Numbered from the stretch's first letter, positions 24,591-35,676 are shown. The stretch is DNA of 64,000 bases from Opitutaceae bacterium (GCA_051252375.1 JBPOFY010000008.1:64001-128000), one strand, 5' to 3'. Numbers and translations are program-made. The notes: generated by a model from the sequence alone, not told the origin.

Positions 24591-25631
24591 TTAGGCGAAT
24601 TGCTTGAGGAAGCGGACGTCGTTTTGGTAATAATAGCGAATGTCGTCGACGCCTTGTAGGATCATGGCGATGCGCTCGATGCCCATGCCGAAGGCATAGC
24701 CGGTGTAAACTTCGGGGTCGATGCCGACAGCCTTGAAGACCTCGGGGTCGACCATACCGCAGCCCATAATTTCGAGCCACTTGTTGCTGAGCTTACCGAG
24801 ATCGGGCGAGAAGAAGTCCATCTCGAAGCTAGGCTCGGTGAATGGGAAGAAGCTCGGGCGGAGGCGTGTTTTAGCCTTCGGTCCGAAAATCGTTTTTACG
24901 AAGTGATCGAGTGTGGCTTTGAGGTCGAGGAGCGTGACGTTCTTGTCGACGTAAAGACCTTCGATTTGGTGGAAGTTGGCACTGTGTGTCGCATCGGGTG
25001 TGTCGCGACGGAAGCAACGACCGGGAGCCACGATACGGATCGGAGGTTTCTCCTTGAGCATCGTGCGTATCTGCACGGTCGAAGTGTGCGTCCGGAGCAA
25101 GTATTTCTCGTCGGCGTGTTTGCTGACATTGTTGACCGTTAAATCATCGGGCAGATAATAAGAGTCCTGCATGTCGCGGGCCGGGTGGTCGCTAGGGATG
25201 TTTAGCGCGTCGAAGCAGTAGTGCTCGGTTTCGACCTCGGTCGCTTCGGCGACGGAGAAACCGATCCGGCGAAAGAGCTCGACCATTTCTTCACGGACTT
25301 GCGCGATCGGGTGCAGCGTGCCACGCGTGGAATCGGGCAACGGCAAGGTCGGGTCAATGGCGGGCCCAAGCTTGGCAGCCAGCTCGGCGGCTTCGAGACG
25401 TTCGATCACTTCGGCAAAGGACGCTTCGATAGCGGTCTTGGCCTCGTTGATGAGCTTGCCCATGGCGGGCTTGTCCTCCTTGGGCACTTTGCCCATGCCC
25501 TTCATGATATCAGTCAAAGAACCCTTCGGGCCTGAGATAGTGGCTTTATAAGCCTCAAATTCGGCGCGCGTTTGGATAGCGGGTGCGTTTTCCCGCACGC
25601 CTGCTACGATAGCTGTTAAGTCTTCTTGCAT
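24591..25631 (-). CDS. pheS: Phenylalanine-tRNA ligase alpha subunit
   Basis: HPARDMQDS, LRTHTS, FHQIEG, FFPFTEPS, AFGMGIER. Confidence 0.98.
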   Translation of the reverse strand: MQEDLTAIVAGVRENAPAIQTRAEFEAYKATISGPKGSLTDIMKGMGKVPKEDKPAMGKLINEAKTAIEASFAEVIERLEAAELAAKLGPAIDPTLPLPDSTRGTLHPIAQVREEMVELFRRIGFSVAEATEVETEHYCFDALNIPSDHPARDMQDSYYLPDDLTVNNVSKHADEKYLLRTHTSTVQIRTMLKEKPPIRIVAPGRCFRRDTPDATHSANFHQIEGLYVDKNVTLLDLKATLDHFVKTIFGPKAKTRLRPSFFPFTEPSFEMDFFSPDLGKLSNKWLEIMGCGMVDPEVFKAVGIDPEVYTGYAFGMGIERIAMILQGVDDIRYYYQNDVRFLKQFA

Positions 25632-25974
25632 GTGTATCCTATTTTCAGTGAATCGATGAGGGTTTCAGTCTGAGGCATTTTGTCGAGACGGTTTTCGCTG
25701 AATTTGCGATGAAATGCGGGTTTAAGCCACGGGTTGACACGGATTTTCACGGATCAGGAAGTTTAGACAGAATGATTTATGACAGAATAATTTTCCGATC
25801 AAGAGATACTACAGCGATATCGTCTTTAAATAATCATTCTGTCTAATTTAAGTGGTTTAGCCAAACAGCTTGCATTGGTTGACGCTGATAAAATGAAGAG
25901 GGATTAAGATTAAGAAGGCAGCTATGCTACGCTTTTACTTGGCAAACATGTGAACATTTGCACATTTACCCTAT

Positions 25975-28107
25975 ATGACACCAGAAGACGCGCTACAAAA
26001 GTATTTCGGGATGCCCTCCTTTCGGGAGCCGCAACGCTCGATCATACAGTCGGTTCTGGATAAAAAAGATACGCTGGTCGTGATGCCGACGGGCGGGGGT
26101 AAAAGTCTTTGTTTTCAACTACCCGCCCTACTGCTGCCGGGTGTGACATTGGTCGTTTCGCCGCTCATCGCGCTGATGAAAGACCAAGTCGACGCGCTCA
26201 AAGCTCGTGGTCTGCCGGCGGGACTCCTCAACAGTTCGCTTTCGCTTGAAGAACAACGCGAGATGCTCGACGCGATTCGTGAGCGAAAACTCAAACTCGT
26301 TTACGTCGCTCCCGAGCGTTTTCGTTCTCAAGCCTTCCTCAATGCGCTACCAAAAGATGCCATCAGCCTCTTTGCGATCGACGAAGCGCACTGTCTTTCC
26401 CAATGGGGCCACGACTTCCGCCCCGACTACATGCGACTCGGCGAAGTGCGCAAAGCGATCGGCAACCCACCCTGCATCGCGCTGACCGCCACCGCCACGC
26501 CAGACGTGCAGGGCGACATCATGCAATCGCTGGAGATGAGCGATCCTGCCGAGTTTGTGGCTGGTTTTGCCCGCGACAACCTCAGCTTCCGCGTGCGTCA
26601 AACCAAGACGGACAACAGCAAACTCGATGCCCTCGCCGAGCTCATTAAGGAGCACAAAACAGGCATTGTTTACTGTGCCACCCGCAAATCCGTCGATGCT
26701 GTGGCCAACAAAATGGAAGCCTTCGCTGGATCGATCATTCGCTACCACGGCGGATTGAACGACAGCGAGCGCAGCGCCGCCCAAGATATTTTCATGAGTC
26801 GAAAGGCCAACGTCGTCGTGGCGACCAACGCATTCGGCATGGGTATCGACCGCGCGGACATCCGCTTTGTTTGCCACTACGAAATGCCCGGCAGTGTGGA
26901 AGCCTACTATCAGGAAGGTGGTCGCGCCGGACGCGACGGCGAGCCCTCCGTCTGCGAAATGCTCTTTTCCTACGCCGACAAACGTGTGCAGGACTTTTTC
27001 ATCGAAGGCGCCAATCCTGGCAAGACCCTCATCGCTGCGGTATTCGATGCCCTCTGTGCGGATAGCGACGAAAAGCACGAAGTCCACCTCACCATCGACG
27101 AACTCTGTGAACGCATGGATGGCAAGGTCAACCCTATGGCCGTCAGCACTGCCATCTCGATTCTGTCGCGCCATAAGTGGATCGAACGCTTTGACATACC
27201 TGGCAAGCGGAGGAAAGGCACACGTATTTTACAACTTGGCAAACACGGCAGCGACTTGCCCATCGACGGCAAAGCGCTCGCGATAAAGGCCGACCGCGAC
27301 GAAGACCGCCTCAAATCGGTCATCAACTTCGCCTACGCGCCCACTTGCCGCCAGAAATGGATACTCAACTACTTCGGCGAAAAGAGCAGCCAAGACTGCG
27401 GTCGCTGCGACGGTTGCCAGAATAAGAAGCACCACGCCGCCCGCGCCCTCAGCACCGACGAAAGCACCATTGTCCTCAAGGCACTCAGCGGTGTCGCGCG
27501 CATGTCGCATAAAAGCGGCGACGGCAACTGGATCGCCCGCTTCGGCAAACGAAAGATCATCCAATGCCTTCTCGGTAGCCAAGCCGCACCCATCGTGGAC
27601 GCGGGACTCAACCGCCTCAGCACCTACGGCATCTTGAAATGCGAAGGCAGCGTTTACGTCGACTCCCTCTTTGATGCGCTAGAAAACGCCGGACTCGTGC
27701 AAACCATGGTTGAAGGCAACTACCCGCTCCTCACGCTGACTCAAGCTGGCGGTGAAGCCATGCGCGGCAGCAGTAAGATCGAGCTCGAACTCCCCGAGCG
27801 CACCGCCGGGGCGATCAAGACAAGCTCCACCGGCAAGGCTCGCCCCAAGAAAGGCAGCCTCCCCGACGACGTCCAGGTGCCCGAGCTTTACCAAAAGCTC
27901 ACCGCCCTCCGCGCCAGCCTCGCCGCAGCCAATGGTAAGCCCGCCTACACTATTTTCCCAAACTTCGTGCTCGTCGAGCTCGCCAACCTGCAGCCCACCA
28001 CCACCGCCGAAGCCATAAAAATACGAGGCATCGGTCCCGCAAAACTCAAAACCGTGCTGCCTCCATTCCTCGAAATCGTCAAAGCACACCTAAGTGCAGC
28101 GACCTAG
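25975..28107 (+). CDS. recQ: ATP-dependent DNA helicase RecQ family (Zn-binding, RQC, HRDC)
   Basis: MPTGGGKS, DEAHCLSQWGHDFRP, QEGGRAGRDG, CR..ILNYFGE..CGRCDGC. Confidence 0.93.
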   Translation: MTPEDALQKYFGMPSFREPQRSIIQSVLDKKDTLVVMPTGGGKSLCFQLPALLLPGVTLVVSPLIALMKDQVDALKARGLPAGLLNSSLSLEEQREMLDAIRERKLKLVYVAPERFRSQAFLNALPKDAISLFAIDEAHCLSQWGHDFRPDYMRLGEVRKAIGNPPCIALTATATPDVQGDIMQSLEMSDPAEFVAGFARDNLSFRVRQTKTDNSKLDALAELIKEHKTGIVYCATRKSVDAVANKMEAFAGSIIRYHGGLNDSERSAAQDIFMSRKANVVVATNAFGMGIDRADIRFVCHYEMPGSVEAYYQEGGRAGRDGEPSVCEMLFSYADKRVQDFFIEGANPGKTLIAAVFDALCADSDEKHEVHLTIDELCERMDGKVNPMAVSTAISILSRHKWIERFDIPGKRRKGTRILQLGKHGSDLPIDGKALAIKADRDEDRLKSVINFAYAPTCRQKWILNYFGEKSSQDCGRCDGCQNKKHHAARALSTDESTIVLKALSGVARMSHKSGDGNWIARFGKRKIIQCLLGSQAAPIVDAGLNRLSTYGILKCEGSVYVDSLFDALENAGLVQTMVEGNYPLLTLTQAGGEAMRGSSKIELELPERTAGAIKTSSTGKARPKKGSLPDDVQVPELYQKLTALRASLAAANGKPAYTIFPNFVLVELANLQPTTTAEAIKIRGIGPAKLKTVLPPFLEIVKAHLSAAT

Positions 28108-28235
28108 AACTGAATTTTTAACCATTAACGAACGATTCTAGCGAAATATGCCGTTAAAAGCAGTGATCACCCCCTTGAAAACAAGTGAAAATTTTCCTTG
28201 CACAGGACACTGAAAGCCCTACTTTTCCGCCCTTC

Positions 28236-28433
28236 ATGAGCACAGAGAACAAACCACTTAACCGCTCCCGCAACCCGATGGACTATACGTTCAACGATGT
28301 GGAGCTACTTACCCGATTCATAACTGAGACGGGCAAGATCCTCCCTCGCAAGGACACAGGACTTTCCGCAAAGCACCAGCGTCGCATCACGACACTCATC
28401 AAGCAGGGTCGTAACATGCTGACTATGCAGTAA
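28236..28433 (+). CDS. rpsR: 30S ribosomal protein S18 (Cys-free form)
   Basis: [29 protein letters not shown] 28236. Confidence 0.95.
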   Translation: MSTENKPLNRSRNPMDYTFNDVELLTRFITETGKILPRKDTGLSAKHQRRITTLIKQGRNMLTMQ

Positions 28434-28459
28434 GCCCGCGTTACTGAGCAGGTATTTTC

Positions 28460-28491
28460 AATCCTTCCCTTTTAACGGGGAAGGATTTTTT
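28460..28491 (+). terminator. Intrinsic terminator after rpsR
   Basis: AATCCTTCCC-loop-GGGAAGGATT followed by T-run. Confidence 0.75.
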
Positions 28492-28513
28492 ATATCCGGA
28501 CAACACGTTTACC

Positions 28514-29500
28514 ATGCCAACCACTAGCACCATCTACCAGCCAACCGAGGGAAACCTCGATACCTGCGCACAACTCCTGCGCGATGGTGAAGTCGTGGGC
28601 ATGCCAACCGAGACGGTATACGGGCTCGCCGGCAACGCGCTCTCAGAGGACAGCGCACGCAAAATTTTCAGCGTCAAGGGACGCCCGCTCATCGACCCAC
28701 TGATCGTGCACTTCGCCGATGCCGACGCGGCCACCGCCCATATCCAAATGAATACGGCAGTCGAAACACTCGCCGGGAAATTCTGGCCCGGTCCGCTCAC
28801 CATGGTCGTGAACAAACAAGCCAGCATCCCCGACATCGTGACCGCCGGTCTCCCCAGCGTCGCGATCCGCGTGCCACAACATCCGGTCTTTCGTGCTGTG
28901 CTGCAACGCCTCGACTTCCCACTCGCAGCGCCTAGCGCCAATCCTTTCGGCTACGTCAGCCCCACCCTAGCTGAGCACGTGCAACACACACTCGGCACAC
29001 GCATCTCTGCCGTGCTCGACGGCGGCGCCTGCACCTTCGGCCTAGAATCCACCATCGTCGACCTGCGCGATCCCAAGCAGCCCGCGATCTTACGCCACGG
29101 TCCGATCACGCAAGAAGCCCTGAGCGAAACACTCGGTTGCGCAGTCGCCGACCGCACCTTAGGCAGTGGCGACGACAAAGCACAGGCCGCCCCAGGACAA
29201 TTGATGCAGCACTACAGCCCTCGCGCAAAAGTGCAGCTGATCGCGCAAGGCGAAACATTCTCGGCGAGTCCTTCCAGCTCAAGCGTGGCGATCATTTACA
29301 ATAGCCAGCCAGACAATGCGGCTGCGCACACCTACTGGCTTTCAGAAGACGGCAACACCGACACGATTGCACATAATTTATTTGAGCTGATTCAACGATT
29401 GGACCAGCAAGGCTACACAGAGCTACATATCGAACTCTCCGCCGACATAGGCATCGGGAAGGCGATCAATGATCGCCTTCGCCGAGCTGCTGCAAAGTAG
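28514..29500 (+). CDS. tsaC: L-threonylcarbamoyladenylate synthase (Sua5 type)
   Basis: PTETVYGL, KGRP..DPLIVH, APSAN, APGQLMQHYSP, AINDRLRRAA. Confidence 0.95.
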   Translation: MPTTSTIYQPTEGNLDTCAQLLRDGEVVGMPTETVYGLAGNALSEDSARKIFSVKGRPLIDPLIVHFADADAATAHIQMNTAVETLAGKFWPGPLTMVVNKQASIPDIVTAGLPSVAIRVPQHPVFRAVLQRLDFPLAAPSANPFGYVSPTLAEHVQHTLGTRISAVLDGGACTFGLESTIVDLRDPKQPAILRHGPITQEALSETLGCAVADRTLGSGDDKAQAAPGQLMQHYSPRAKVQLIAQGETFSASPSSSSVAIIYNSQPDNAAAHTYWLSEDGNTDTIAHNLFELIQRLDQQGYTELHIELSADIGIGKAINDRLRRAAAK

Positions 29501-29527
29501 AGGTGGTCACGAAGGTCCCTGCCAATT

Positions 29528-32500
29528 CTAGCGAAGCTTCACCAGCAAGTCCTTGCTGTCGACTTGATCGCCAACGCTGACTTCGAGAACATCGACAATT
29601 CCGTCTGTAAGTGCATACACCGTGGTCTGCATCTTCATAGCTTCCAGAATGACGAGTTTGTCGCCCTTGGAAACCTTGTGCCCGACACTTGTTGTCACTG
29701 CGCTCACCATCGCGGGGATCGGCGCACCGACTTGCTTCTTATCAGCTGAATCTGCCTTAACGCGACGCTTACTCTCGGTCTTGATCGACGTATCGAGTAT
29801 GACGCACTCACGTGCACGACCATTCATTTCGAAAGTAAGTGTGCGCTGCCCATCTTCATTCGGCTCACTGACGTAGATCAGTTTCACAATAAGCGTCTTA
29901 CCTTCTTCAATCTCAACAGAGATTTCTTCGCCCGTCTTTAGACCATAGAAGAATGCAGGCGTTGGTAAAACACGCGGATGACCATATTGATTAATCGCCT
30001 TAACAAGGTCTTTGAAGACCTGCGGATACATTAAGTATGCGTAGAGATCATCATCGTCGGCAGCGTCGCGCTTAGTAATCGCTTTCACCTCATCGCGCGC
30101 ATCGTCGAGATCGATCTTCTCCGCTTTTGCTCCAGGGCGTCCCTTATTGGGCTTACGATCACCCAAGACAACTTTCTGAACATCCTTCGGCCAACCACCC
30201 TTCGGTTGACCAAGACCACCAGAAAGCATATCGACCACTGACTCAGGGAATGCTGTGCCTGGCTCTAAATTGACGACGTCGTGCGGCTCTACGCCCTTAG
30301 TTAACAAGAAGATCGCAAGGTCACCAACGACCTTACTACTTGGAGTCACCTTCACGATGTCACCAAGGAGCATATTCACCTCGTGATAGTAGCGCACCAC
30401 TTCTGGCCAGCGAGCACCGAGACCGAGCGCACGTGCTTGCTCACGCAAGTTAGTGTATTGCCCGCCTGGCATTTCGTGGCGATAGACCTCGGCACTGCCA
30501 AACTTAGGGCTCGTATCGAAAGGCTCGTAGTATTGGCGAACAGCTTCCCAATAGATGGAAAGATCGTCGAAGAATTTCTGATCCAGTTTTGTATCACGTT
30601 TATCACTACGCATCGCATGCGCAATGGAGTTCAAGTTCGGCTGAGCAGTCAGACCAGACAGTGAAGAAACAGAAAGATCAACCACATCGACGCCCGCTTC
30701 TGCGGCCTTGATGATAGAGGCCGATGCAATACCACTGGAATCGTGCGTATGAAAATGCACTGGAATACCAATCTCATTACGAAGCGCCTTGATCAATTTA
30801 AAGGCAGCATTCGGATGGCAGAGACCTGACATATCCTTAAGCGCTAGCACGTGTGCGCCCATCTTCTCGAGTTCCTTCGCCATATTGACGTAATACTCGA
30901 GTGTGTATTTCTCGCGGGCTGGATTAAGAATATCCCCCGTGTAGCAAATCGTCGCCTCACATACTGAGTTCGTATCTTTACGGATGGAATTCATCGCGAC
31001 CTTAAGGTTCGGCAAGTAATTCAAGGAGTCAAAGACACGGAAGATATCCATACCACACTCAGCCGAGTGCTTGATGAAACCACGGATTACATTGTCGGGG
31101 TAATTGGAATAACCGACGCCGTTGGCACCGCGCAGCAACATCTGAAAGCAAACGTTTGGAATGCGCTCTCGTAAACGACGTAGTCGCTTGAACGGATTCT
31201 CATGCAAGAAACGCATGGTGGTATCGAAGGTCGCCCCACCCCAGCACTCTAGACTGTAAAGGTTGTGAGCATTCTGTGCGATCGAATCGGCAACTGCGAG
31301 CTGATCAAAGCTACGCACACGAGCGGCCAGTAGTGACTGGTGCGCATCGCGCATGGTAGTGTCCGTGACGAGCAAACGCTTTTGATCGCGTGTCCACTGA
31401 GCAAACTTCTCAGGACCGTGCTGGGTGAGATAATCCTTGGTGCCCTTTGGCTTCGGAGCCTTTGGATCGTATGCAGGAAGAATCACCGGCAAGTCCATCA
31501 GCGGCACGGGGCGCCCTTTGACCTGCGGGTTACCGTTGACGATTGTTTCTCCTAAATAGTTGAGCAACTTCGTTGCACGGTCACGACGGCGTTTAAAATT
31601 AAACAGCGCTGGTGTGGTATCGATCAACGTAGTGGTCGCCATACCCGATGTAAATTTCTCGTGATGAATCACATTCTCAATGAATGGGATATTGGTCTTC
31701 ACACCCCGTATACGCATTTCGCGCAGCGCACGGTCCATACGTTGAATCGCGAGTTCAAATGTGCGAGCTGATGCAGTCAGCTTCACCAAAAGTGAATCGT
31801 AATACGGAGTAATCACCGAACCCGTATCACCCATCGCGCCATCGAGACGGATACCAAAACCAGCGGCACTTCGATAGTTCACAATCTTGCCATAATCTGG
31901 CGCAAAGTTCTTTTCAGGGTCTTCGGTAGTGACACGTGCCTGGATGGCTACGCCGTTACGAGGGACATCTGCTTGCTGCGGAATGCCAATTTCTTCGCCA
32001 TGCAAGGAGTGACCTTCGGCAATCAAAATTTGACTACGCACGATATCGATCCCGGTAATCACTTCAGTCACCGTATGCTCCACTTGGATACGTGGATTCA
32101 TTTCAATGAAGAACCACTCGTGTGTGTCCAAATCGAGCAAGAACTCAACGGTGCCAGCACTGTAATAGCCGATGGACTTCGCGATCTTTACCGCAGCATC
32201 GCAAAGCTCTTCGCGAACTTTATCGGGCAAGCCGATAGAAGGTGCTATTTCGATGACTTTCTGGTGGCGACGTTGCACCGAGCAATCGCGTTCATGTAGG
32301 TGAACAACGTTGCCGTGTTTATCGCCAAGGATCTGCACTTCGATGTGCTTTGCGCGACCGATGTAGCGCTCCATAAACACGGACGAATTACCAAATGAAC
32401 GCTCCGCTTCGCCCTGCGCTTCCTCAAGAAGCGGCTTTAAATCTTTTGGATCTTTCACGACGCGCATACCACGACCACCACCACCGAATGCGGCTTTGAT

Positions 32501-32968
32501 GATCAGCGGGAAGCCAATCTTTTTCGCAGTCCTCACGGCTTCTTTAGGATCGGCAACTGGGTCTTGCGTGCCAGGCAATGTCGGCACATTCGCTTTGTCG
32601 GCGATCTTACGCGCTTCAATTTTGTCGCCCATACGACCGAGGAGCTCTGCGCTCGGGCCAACAAAGTTAATGCCATTATCATGACAGGCCTGTGCAAAAT
32701 GGGCGTTTTCGGAAAGAAAGCCGTAACCGGGGTGAATGAAATCGACGCCCTTGGCTTTCGCGAGATCGATGATGCTCGGAATATCGAGATAGGCGGCCAC
32801 TGGTCCGAGCCCCTGCCCGACTAAATATGCCTCGTCCGCCTTAAAGCGGTGCACGCCAAAACGGTCTTCTTTAGCATAGACTGCCACTGTTTGGCAGCCC
32901 AGTTCAGTGGCACTTCGAAAAATGCGCACAGCAATTTCACTTCGATTCGCAGCAAGTAACTTCTTCAT
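29528..32968 (-). CDS. pyc: Pyruvate carboxylase
   Basis: ANRSEIAVR, ERDCSVQRRHQK, RDAHQSLLA, KVTPSSKVVGD, biotin site EAMKM. Confidence 0.97.
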   Translation of the reverse strand: MKKLLAANRSEIAVRIFRSATELGCQTVAVYAKEDRFGVHRFKADEAYLVGQGLGPVAAYLDIPSIIDLAKAKGVDFIHPGYGFLSENAHFAQACHDNGINFVGPSAELLGRMGDKIEARKIADKANVPTLPGTQDPVADPKEAVRTAKKIGFPLIIKAAFGGGGRGMRVVKDPKDLKPLLEEAQGEAERSFGNSSVFMERYIGRAKHIEVQILGDKHGNVVHLHERDCSVQRRHQKVIEIAPSIGLPDKVREELCDAAVKIAKSIGYYSAGTVEFLLDLDTHEWFFIEMNPRIQVEHTVTEVITGIDIVRSQILIAEGHSLHGEEIGIPQQADVPRNGVAIQARVTTEDPEKNFAPDYGKIVNYRSAAGFGIRLDGAMGDTGSVITPYYDSLLVKLTASARTFELAIQRMDRALREMRIRGVKTNIPFIENVIHHEKFTSGMATTTLIDTTPALFNFKRRRDRATKLLNYLGETIVNGNPQVKGRPVPLMDLPVILPAYDPKAPKPKGTKDYLTQHGPEKFAQWTRDQKRLLVTDTTMRDAHQSLLAARVRSFDQLAVADSIAQNAHNLYSLECWGGATFDTTMRFLHENPFKRLRRLRERIPNVCFQMLLRGANGVGYSNYPDNVIRGFIKHSAECGMDIFRVFDSLNYLPNLKVAMNSIRKDTNSVCEATICYTGDILNPAREKYTLEYYVNMAKELEKMGAHVLALKDMSGLCHPNAAFKLIKALRNEIGIPVHFHTHDSSGIASASIIKAAEAGVDVVDLSVSSLSGLTAQPNLNSIAHAMRSDKRDTKLDQKFFDDLSIYWEAVRQYYEPFDTSPKFGSAEVYRHEMPGGQYTNLREQARALGLGARWPEVVRYYHEVNMLLGDIVKVTPSSKVVGDLAIFLLTKGVEPHDVVNLEPGTAFPESVVDMLSGGLGQPKGGWPKDVQKVVLGDRKPNKGRPGAKAEKIDLDDARDEVKAITKRDAADDDDLYAYLMYPQVFKDLVKAINQYGHPRVLPTPAFFYGLKTGEEISVEIEEGKTLIVKLIYVSEPNEDGQRTLTFEMNGRARECVILDTSIKTESKRRVKADSADKKQVGAPIPAMVSAVTTSVGHKVSKGDKLVILEAMKMQTTVYALTDGIVDVLEVSVGDQVDSKDLLVKLR

Positions 32969-33059
32969 ATGGGTAGTATTTAAAGGTGAGTAGCCACACA
33001 GAAAAGGTTACCTCTCCAGAGAAGTCAATCGACCTTGCTCCCTAAAAAACGTGATGCCG

Positions 33060-34139
33060 CTATTTTCCAGATTCTTCTTTGGCTGATCCTAACGCGCGTC
33101 TAGCACCAACGGTCAATTCTCCATTACCTGACAAGAGAATCGCCACGGGACGAGACCCGGGGAAATAGGAGCAAATAATCATGATAATTACTGTGATCGG
33201 CACGCAAAGGAACATGCCGGGGATTCCCCAAATCGAGCCCCACAGGCCCAAAGAAAGCAGGATGACAATCGGGCTAAGGTTCAAGCGATTACCCATCAGC
33301 TTGGGCTCTAGCAAACTACCGATACAAAATTGCAGCGCAGTGAGCACAGAGGCAGTGATAATAAATGGACCCAAGGTATCAAACTGAACCAAGGTCAGAA
33401 CCGATGGAAATGCAGTCGCGATGATCGAACCGATGGTAGGAATGAAATTAAGGAGGAAGATGAGCACTCCCCAGAAACTGGCGAAATCCACGCCGACGAT
33501 CCGCAGCACCACATAGCTCAACAAGCCGGTAGCCGCACTGGTCAGCACCTTGATCCCAATATAAGACCGGATGTCGTGCCCCATCTTACCAATTAATTTG
33601 AATGCATCTTCCTGACGGCCTGGATCGCGCACGAGCGCCTTAATCTTGTTTTCAAATGTGCGCTGCTCCAACAGGAAAAAAATCAAATAAACGATAATAA
33701 TGCCCGTGCTACTCAATAGTGAACGAACCGTCCCACCAAAATCCTGCAGGTAGGCCTTAAAATCGATTTGCTTCAATACCTCGTCTAAATTGGGCGCTTC
33801 TTCGACCCCAAAGAAGGTATACCCCTTCACGATCCACGCCTCGAGGTTATGCTGATACTCCGGCGCGACTTTCACAACACTCGCAATGTTCACCGTGATC
33901 AATTGCACGATAAAACTGAGTGACACCAAAATAATAGTGATCGCCAAAATCATCGCCAAGGGTGTCGGCACCCCACGACCACTCACTTTCAGCTTACGTA
34001 TAGTATGCGTCAGAATGTTGATCAAGTATGCCACCGCGCCCGCAATCACCAATGGGAGCAACAACGCTTGGCCAATATGCAGTAGGTGGAAAATCAAAAA
34101 GATGGCAATCATGGCCATCACGAGACGCTGTGACTTCAT
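33060..34139 (-). CDS. AI-2E family transporter
   Basis: Multi-TM; LNFIPTIGS, LEPKLMG..LNLSP, WGIPGMFLCVP. Confidence 0.9.
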   Translation of the reverse strand: MKSQRLVMAMIAIFLIFHLLHIGQALLLPLVIAGAVAYLINILTHTIRKLKVSGRGVPTPLAMILAITIILVSLSFIVQLITVNIASVVKVAPEYQHNLEAWIVKGYTFFGVEEAPNLDEVLKQIDFKAYLQDFGGTVRSLLSSTGIIIVYLIFFLLEQRTFENKIKALVRDPGRQEDAFKLIGKMGHDIRSYIGIKVLTSAATGLLSYVVLRIVGVDFASFWGVLIFLLNFIPTIGSIIATAFPSVLTLVQFDTLGPFIITASVLTALQFCIGSLLEPKLMGNRLNLSPIVILLSLGLWGSIWGIPGMFLCVPITVIIMIICSYFPGSRPVAILLSGNGELTVGARRALGSAKEESGK

Positions 34140-34287
34140 AAGCGCTTAGTTAAATCGCCGACAACGGACTTGTCCACTACTGAGGCAGCACAAATTCGAA
34201 AGTTTTCACTCCACAGTGATTTAAGGCGAGAAAGTGCCTTTGCGTGAATTCTATCTGCTAGTTTTACTTCAGGACTCCCCAAAAAGT

Positions 34288-35031
34288 TTACTTAAAGGTC
34301 GCCAAAGTAGTCTGAAAGCCGGAGGGCCAAATCGCAGCTCTCGCAGGTCGGGAGTCCGCAGACTCAAGAATCATTGGTTCAGGAATCGGCGAATAATCTT
34401 TCAATTGATTGAATATCACGACTCGACGACGAGGGACTACTACACTCGGCTGTGTGCTTGCATAGCTAACTTCCTGCAGTGTGAGTTCACCATCCGTCAC
34501 TTCCGGGCGCAAACCCAACAAGCGCAGCTGCGCGGCTATAGTTGCAGCACGCTGAATTGCCTCCTGCTGAGTGTTGGCGAATCGCTTTAAATCGGAACGA
34601 TCGACCGCCTCAAAAATATCTTTTTCAACCAATTCTCCTGCTTCAACGCCTTCCAACTCTTGCTTCGAAGCATGTGTCGTATCAGTAAATGTGGGAAAGA
34701 GTAAAAAACCGCCAACTGCCATCGAGGCAGCAAGCCCGGCACCCAATAACCAGCGCGGAAAAGTGGCTACTGGCGCAGTTTGACGCGCAGCAGGCACAGC
34801 TAGACGTGTCGAACGAGTGCTGGATGGGCTAGAGCGACGGCGTGTTGTCTTTGAAGATGACGGCACACCAAGAGCCAGACGCATCGCCTGATGCAGGCGA
34901 CAGCGCTCGGTAAAACCTGCCTTACGGTCGGCATTCGTAGCTAATTCCGCCTTGAGAGCCTCCAATTCAGAACTGGAGATCTCTTTATCAAGGTAGAGAT
35001 TAACTAACTCACTGAACTTCTCGTCGGTCAT
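34288..35031 (-). CDS. Probable membrane anti-sigma factor
   Basis: ATGA overlap with ECF sigma gene; N-terminal ELVNLYLDKEI (ASD-like); single TM. Confidence 0.7.
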   Translation of the reverse strand: MTDEKFSELVNLYLDKEISSSELEALKAELATNADRKAGFTERCRLHQAMRLALGVPSSSKTTRRRSSPSSTRSTRLAVPAARQTAPVATFPRWLLGAGLAASMAVGGFLLFPTFTDTTHASKQELEGVEAGELVEKDIFEAVDRSDLKRFANTQQEAIQRAATIAAQLRLLGLRPEVTDGELTLQEVSYASTQPSVVVPRRRVVIFNQLKDYSPIPEPMILESADSRPARAAIWPSGFQTTLATFK

Positions 35032-35642
35032 GAAAAATCACTACCCATCAAACCACGTAGGGTCTCGCGCCCACGCGCGATTCTACTTTTGACAGTGCCC
35101 ACGCTGATCTCGAGTTGCTGAGCGATCTCCTCATAGCTCATATTCTTCACATTGCGCAAAATTAAGACCTCTTTGTGCTTTTCATTCAAGTCGCCCATGC
35201 ACTCTGAGACGCGATTTACAAACTCTTGTGTAACAGCAGCTTCTGCTGGATTTTCTCCTGCGCAAGGCATCACGTTCTCTAAAGTGAGGTCTCCGTCAGC
35301 GCTCAAAGGTTGATCCAACGATATGGAGTAGTCCCGCTTACGGCGAAACCAGTACCAATAGCGATTATGAGCCAAATTGGTCGCGATTTGATAGAGCCAG
35401 GTGGAAAAGGCAGCATCGCCTCGAAAATTCTCAAGTCCGCGATGCGCACGGATGAAGGCATCTTGCGTCACCTCCTCAGCATCTTGTTTATTCTTAAGGA
35501 GTTGTGAAACACGAGCAAAGATACGATCGTAGTAGCGAGCGACTATGTCATTATACGCCGCTACATCACCATTCTTGATGCGCTCAATGAGAAGATCGTC
35601 GGGATTTATTGTATCAGTCTTAGTAGTCATTATGGGGTTCAT
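35028..35642 (-). CDS. ECF RNA polymerase sigma factor
   Basis: DAEEVTQDAF, FSTWLYQIATN, SYEEIA...GTVKSRIARGR. Confidence 0.95.
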   Translation of the reverse strand: MNPIMTTKTDTINPDDLLIERIKNGDVAAYNDIVARYYDRIFARVSQLLKNKQDAEEVTQDAFIRAHRGLENFRGDAAFSTWLYQIATNLAHNRYWYWFRRKRDYSISLDQPLSADGDLTLENVMPCAGENPAEAAVTQEFVNRVSECMGDLNEKHKEVLILRNVKNMSYEEIAQQLEISVGTVKSRIARGRETLRGLMGSDFS

Positions 35643-35648
35643 GTAAGG

Positions 35649-35676
35649 TAGATCGTTGAAACCTTAGATTTGTTCC
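35649..35676 (-). promoter_or_regulatory. Putative autoregulatory ECF promoter
   Basis: Minus strand GGAACAA-N17-TCTA, with 6 nt between TCTA and the sigma ATG. Confidence 0.45.

Noticed and set aside
26347..27174. Long antisense/alternate-frame ORFs (also 42996-43853, 22763-23353, 40920-41564 and many others)
   Set aside because: They shadow well-supported genes, as expected from GC-rich codon bias, and have no recognisable motifs
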